Below, piece by piece: positions 25,017 through 28,804 of a stretch of DNA of 28,804 bases; position 1 is the first letter of the stretch; each line of letters opens with the position of its first letter. The notes under the pieces were generated by a model. The model was not told the DNA's origin. It saw nothing but the letters and a program-made list of their open reading frames with translations, and made no database searches. Origin of the DNA: an uncultured virus (IMG/VR IMGVR_UViG_2916515220_000006) (lineage: Duplodnaviria; Heunggongvirae; Uroviricota; Caudoviricetes). Where the stretch lies: the IMG/VR virus record IMGVR_UViG_2916515220_000006, one strand, 5' to 3'. Position numbers and translations under genes: made by a program.

Positions 25017-25496
25017 CTATCGCTTCTTACCCTTGTTCGCCTTTACCTTCAGTTCCGCGATCATCTTCGTCAGCCGCTCTGTTGCTTTTTCGGCGTCGGC
25101 AATGGCGACATCGGCGGATTTCGCATTGCGGATGGCAATGATCGGCTCGCTCAAGTGCATGATTGCTTCCTTCAACGCCATTTGGTCATCCATGGCGGAT
25201 TTACCAATCTCGGCAGCTAATATCCGCACCTCATGCGCGTCGAGGGTGTCAGGGTCTTCCTGGAGAAGTTCCACCAGAACTTTCAATTCATCCACGCGGT
25301 TAGTAACGGACTTCTCCGATTCCTTCAGCACCGCCCGAACGTTCTCATCAGCTGTCATGCCGATTTGGCAAAGGCGCCGTATCGCTTCAGCGCGCGACCG
25401 TATCCGAAGCTTGAATGACCAGTCATCGATAGCCTCTGCCTCGCTCTCTGAAAGCATCATCTGGAATTTTATGGTTTTGAGTTCTTTATCGGTCAT
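25017..25496 (-). CDS. Ribbon-helix-helix regulator with C-terminal helical domain
   Basis: KTIKFQMMLSESEAEAIDDWSFKLRIRSRAEAIRRLCQIG; alternative TTG start at 25508. Confidence 0.75.
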   Translation of the reverse strand: MTDKELKTIKFQMMLSESEAEAIDDWSFKLRIRSRAEAIRRLCQIGMTADENVRAVLKESEKSVTNRVDELKVLVELLQEDPDTLDAHEVRILAAEIGKSAMDDQMALKEAIMHLSEPIIAIRNAKSADVAIADAEKATERLTKMIAELKVKANKGKKR

Positions 25497-25523
25497 GAGC
25501 GTTTTCAATGCCTTAAGTGGTTT

Positions 25524-25620
25524 CGTTACGTAACGTTTTGGCAGAAATCCACGAGTTCCACAATAGATGGAACTTCCATCACTTTCCAGATTGACGGAAA
25601 TCGGAATTGATGGTTAATAT
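25524..25620. promoter_or_regulatory. Divergent promoter/operator region of the RHH pair
   Basis: Palindromes CGTTACGTAACG (25524-25535) and GATGGAA-C-TTCCATC (25566-25580); TTGACG-N18-TAATAT (25591-25620). Confidence 0.6.
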
Positions 25621-25646
25621 AAAACCAATGGAACTGATGGAGGTTA

Positions 25647-25829
25647 ATGATGTCGAAAGACGAACCTAAGACAGAACGGTTCCAGATGGCGGTTTCCGCC
25701 GACTGGATCGATAAGGTTGACAGCTGGCGCTTTGCCAATCGGATAAACAGCCGTGCAACGGCAATCCGGCAACTGGTCGAGAAGGCTCTGAAATTGGAAG
25801 AGGAAGTTCCGGCTACGACCGGAGAGTAA
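25647..25829 (+). CDS. Small ribbon-helix-helix (Arc/CopG-like) regulator
   Basis: KTERFQMAVSADWIDKVDSWRFANRINSRATAIRQLVEKAL; GGAGGT RBS. Confidence 0.8.
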   Translation: MMSKDEPKTERFQMAVSADWIDKVDSWRFANRINSRATAIRQLVEKALKLEEEVPATTGE

Positions 25830-25917
25830 CGACAGCGGGTCAAGGGACGAAAGTTTGGCGACCCAATCCCGGCCACCCGCTGTCATCAATATTCACGACA
25901 CATAAGGATTTGCCCCA

Positions 25918-26388
25918 ATGAGCAATCAAGGGAATAGCACAACTGCGCCTGTAGTTTCAACTGCCACCAATCCCGAAGTCACCTTGGAAGCGATGATTGC
26001 GCGTCACAACGCAGCAATTGAAGCGGCTAACAATCGCAAAGGCCCCCTCGAAGACAGCCCCGAGGAAGTCGAAATGCACGCCGCCATGAATGCGTTTTTC
26101 GAGAGCTCGGCAAAGCTAACGTCCTTTGATGGCCTAGTGGCCGCGCTTCGACTTGCTGACAAGGAAAACGAGGATTTCGAATGCTCCGTGGTCAGCGCCG
26201 CACTTGTGAAGGGCGCGCTTGCCTACTTGGAAGCCCAGACCGCGAAGGCACGCCTTTCCGATCTCCTGCGTCAGGCAGGGCAGATCATTCGCGACAACCC
26301 CGATCTGGCCGTCGAGCGCATCACCATCAATCACGATGGCGTCCATACCCTCATCAAAATCCCGGTCACTGAGGAGCATTCGGCATGA
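25918..26388 (+). CDS. Hypothetical phage protein
   Basis: 156 aa, AAGGA RBS, coupled to the next gene. Confidence 0.7.
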   Translation: MSNQGNSTTAPVVSTATNPEVTLEAMIARHNAAIEAANNRKGPLEDSPEEVEMHAAMNAFFESSAKLTSFDGLVAALRLADKENEDFECSVVSAALVKGALAYLEAQTAKARLSDLLRQAGQIIRDNPDLAVERITINHDGVHTLIKIPVTEEHSA

Positions 26389-27053
26389 AAACGACCCGTC
26401 GCATTTTCCTCGGCGGCGTAGCTGCTGCCGCCCTCCCTGTCGCCGCCGTGGCCTGCGAGGGCATAACAACCGCCCAGACCGAACCGTCGACGCTGGTGGC
26501 GCTGATCGCCGCCTACAACGAAGTCACCGCAGAAGCCGACCGCGTTGACGGCCTGTCCGAGGCTCTTTGGGAAAGCCCTGAGCGCCCGCCGGTCGCGATG
26601 TTGGAAAGCGCAGAACTGACGCACTCCTACCGCTGGCATATGCTTCGTCAAAAGATGGTGATGACGCGGGAAGGCGTGAACGAACTGTTCGACCGTGAAA
26701 ATCGGTTGTTGGAAGCTAACGCTGAACTGGTTCAAAATCCGGCGACGTTTGCTCCGAGATTTGCCCGGGTCGAAGCCGATCGTGAGCGTTATCTTGCGAT
26801 ATTCGATGCCCGTGAAGCTCGCTATCAGGAATGGGCCACATCAAGCGGCTTCCATGATCTCGGCAAAGAGCAGGATCGCCTTTCCGGTCTGGAAAACGAT
26901 CTGAACGAAGCCATCATCGCTCACCCGATCAAGACGCTTGCCGATGCCCGCATGAAGGCCGCGCACATCAAGAAGGTCTACGGATCGTCCATGAACGGCC
27001 AGGATCAGTCCGTCTTCCTCGCAACCCTCATCAATGCGGGAGAAGAAGCATGA
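26385..27053 (+). CDS. Hypothetical protein with twin-arginine-like N-terminus
   Basis: MKTTRRIFLGGVAAAALPVAAVA; ATGA-coupled. Confidence 0.7.
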   Translation: MKTTRRIFLGGVAAAALPVAAVACEGITTAQTEPSTLVALIAAYNEVTAEADRVDGLSEALWESPERPPVAMLESAELTHSYRWHMLRQKMVMTREGVNELFDRENRLLEANAELVQNPATFAPRFARVEADRERYLAIFDAREARYQEWATSSGFHDLGKEQDRLSGLENDLNEAIIAHPIKTLADARMKAAHIKKVYGSSMNGQDQSVFLATLINAGEEA

Positions 27054-27457
27054 TTACGGCGATCAACGGTATCCCTGATCAATTCCTTCGCCCCGAGCAG
27101 GACTGGCTCAACGAACTGGATATGACGGCTTTCGAGGGCCGTCAGTTCAATGCCGTGTACGAAGCGCTGTCGCTCGCGATAACTGGGCTTTCCGGCGTCA
27201 TGAACCAGCCCAGGAGCAAGACTGACAGGGGCCTAAAACCCGCAGGTGAGTACCTCAGCACGATGTTAGAGTTCATGCACTCCGAACGAACCCGGCTGAT
27301 CGAGACGCTGAACCACCGGAAGCCCAAAGACGACGACGAGGCGCACAACCGTATGTGCCTTCTCGTCCAGTACGAGGCGGAATGCGAAGACATGAAGGTC
27401 GAAGAACTGGCGGCTTTTGTTCTGAGCCTTCAAGGCAATGGGGAGGCGATCGATTGA
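27050..27457 (+). CDS. Hypothetical phage protein
   Basis: 135 aa, coupled overlaps. Confidence 0.7.
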   Translation: MITAINGIPDQFLRPEQDWLNELDMTAFEGRQFNAVYEALSLAITGLSGVMNQPRSKTDRGLKPAGEYLSTMLEFMHSERTRLIETLNHRKPKDDDEAHNRMCLLVQYEAECEDMKVEELAAFVLSLQGNGEAID

Positions 27458-27672
27458 GCCACGGCGCTTTCAGACAGGCTGACATGGAAAGGATCATCAG
27501 GGCCGCCCGCAGCGAGGGCGCGGCAGTCCAAGTTGATCTAAGGACGCTGGTTGTTACCGTTATTCCCACTATCCACAGGCAAGACGGGCTTGACGAGCGC
27601 GTCGGCAACACCCGCATCCTGCCTCTGGGCGCTCTTGCCCCAGACGGAAAGGACAATTTTGATGAGGACTGA
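27454..27672 (+). CDS. Putative excisionase / recombination directionality factor
   Basis: TTG start with GGAGG RBS, FRQADMERIIRAARSEG..; overlaps the integrase start. Function inferred from position. Confidence 0.55.
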   Translation: MSHGAFRQADMERIIRAARSEGAAVQVDLRTLVVTVIPTIHRQDGLDERVGNTRILPLGALAPDGKDNFDED

Positions 27673-28804
27673 CCGGCCCGGTTATAAATACCGGGACAAC
27701 AAAGATGGATCGAGGGTCCATTATTGGGATCCGAAACGCGCCGTGAAGGGTTCGCCCGCGGCGCTTTCGGCCGTTCGTCTTGATGACGATTTAACGGAAG
27801 ACCAGATCGCCGCCGAGTGCCGGCGTCTGACCGACCAGCTGCGCAGCGAACTTTCAACGCTTGGCGCCCCACCGACGTTTGACGGGACGATAAAAGCGCT
27901 CATCGATGCTTACAAGTTCGACACCACCAGTTCCTTGCACAGCGTCAAACACTCGACGCGCATAAGGGACTATGAGCCGAGCTTGCGCGTTCTGGAAAAG
28001 AATATCGGCTCGCGTCGGATCGACGTGCTGAAAGCTTCAGACTTCAAGAAGTGGTTTGGGGAATGGCGCAAGAAGGGACACAGGCGAGCCGCTGGAGCGA
28101 TAAAGCTCTTGCGGGTTATCTTGTCCTATGGCGCGGGAGAACGCTTGCACGGCTGCGCTCAAGCACGGTCTATCCTGTCGGACATGCAGTTCGAACAGCC
28201 AGGTGGTCGAACCGTCGCAATGACCTATGCGCAATGCGAGGCCATCGTGAAGAAAAGCGCCGAAATGAAATGCCCGTCTATCGGGTTTGTCGAGGCGCTG
28301 AAATTCGAAACGGCCTTGCGCCGCATCGATGTTATCGGGGAGTGGTCGCCGCCGCCTGAAGGTGGTCCGTTCCGCTGGCGCGGCCTGACGGCTGGGGATA
28401 TCTCGAAAGACATGATTCTGTCCATCAAGACCAGCAAGACGGGCGCCCTCGCCTCTCGCGACCTAAACGTTATGCCGCTAGTGACGGAGGCACTGAAGGC
28501 GTACACGATACCCGAAATCGGGCCAGTTGTGATTGATGAGGACACCGGCAAGCCATACCGGGATAATCACTACACGACCAAGTTCAGTAAAGTGCGGAAA
28601 GCGGCCGGCGTGCCTGATTATGTTTGGTCGATGGATTCGCGCGCTGGTGCTGTTTCGGAGACCGTAGAGGCAACAGGGTCGCTTGAAGCCGCCCAGGAAC
28701 TGGCGACACACAGCACGCCGAAAATGACGAAAAGGTATAGCCGCGGCGACGGTTTGCAGTCGAGCAGACGAATCGCGGAAATGCGCTCTGAAAAGCGAAA
28801 GTGA
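27662..28804 (+). CDS. int: Tyrosine recombinase / phage integrase
   Basis: About 380 aa: TALRRIDV (R), TSKTG (K), MDSRAG (variant HxxR), LATH (H), TKRY (Y). Confidence 0.9.
   Translation: MRTDRPGYKYRDNKDGSRVHYWDPKRAVKGSPAALSAVRLDDDLTEDQIAAECRRLTDQLRSELSTLGAPPTFDGTIKALIDAYKFDTTSSLHSVKHSTRIRDYEPSLRVLEKNIGSRRIDVLKASDFKKWFGEWRKKGHRRAAGAIKLLRVILSYGAGERLHGCAQARSILSDMQFEQPGGRTVAMTYAQCEAIVKKSAEMKCPSIGFVEALKFETALRRIDVIGEWSPPPEGGPFRWRGLTAGDISKDMILSIKTSKTGALASRDLNVMPLVTEALKAYTIPEIGPVVIDEDTGKPYRDNHYTTKFSKVRKAAGVPDYVWSMDSRAGAVSETVEATGSLEAAQELATHSTPKMTKRYSRGDGLQSSRRIAEMRSEKRK

Larger units (their letters stand above)
1..28804. mobile_element. Temperate prophage (partial): lambda-like integration/immunity/replication modules with a BPP-1/epsilon15-like podovirus virion module
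   Basis: Integrase, cI/cro, terminase, portal, capsid, tail tubular and ejection genes in canonical order. No host housekeeping genes; att sites not visible in the window. Confidence 0.95.

Noticed and set aside
1..28804. Diversity-generating retroelement or retron (prompted by the BPP-1-like virion genes, RNase H and ncRNA)
   Set aside because: No reverse transcriptase motifs and no TR/VR repeat pair seen in the window; tail fibre genes lie outside it.
28700..28804. Attachment site
   Set aside because: The window ends at the integrase stop codon; no att core or target gene is visible.

Overview
The whole window is part of one temperate prophage, probably from a Rhizobiales-type alphaproteobacterium (inferred from GC-rich composition and gene families). 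The right end holds a tyrosine integrase, a putative excisionase and a + strand early operon with a KilA-N protein and a divergent ribbon-helix-helix regulator pair. A lambda-like cI/cro switch with five ATCCG(T/C)-N3-(A/G)CGGAT operators sits at 22.0-23.1 kb. A long, translationally coupled minus-strand operon then runs through a replication initiator with a probable origin, small hypotheticals, a ParB-like protein, RNase HI and a putative late regulator. It continues into a BPP-1/epsilon15-like podovirus morphogenesis module: TerS, TerL, portal, scaffold, major capsid, cement, tail adaptor, nozzle and ejection proteins. The most unusual element is a ~770-nt, apparently non-coding, densely base-paired region (15145-15913, minus strand) between the putative late regulator and the virion genes. 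It contains a non-canonical tRNA-like domain embedded in a longer helix and is a candidate large ornate phage ncRNA. Three genes (nozzle, scaffold, replication initiator) are each broken by a 1-nt deletion in a G/C run, most likely an assembly error. All family assignments are from motif recognition by eye; no searches were run.
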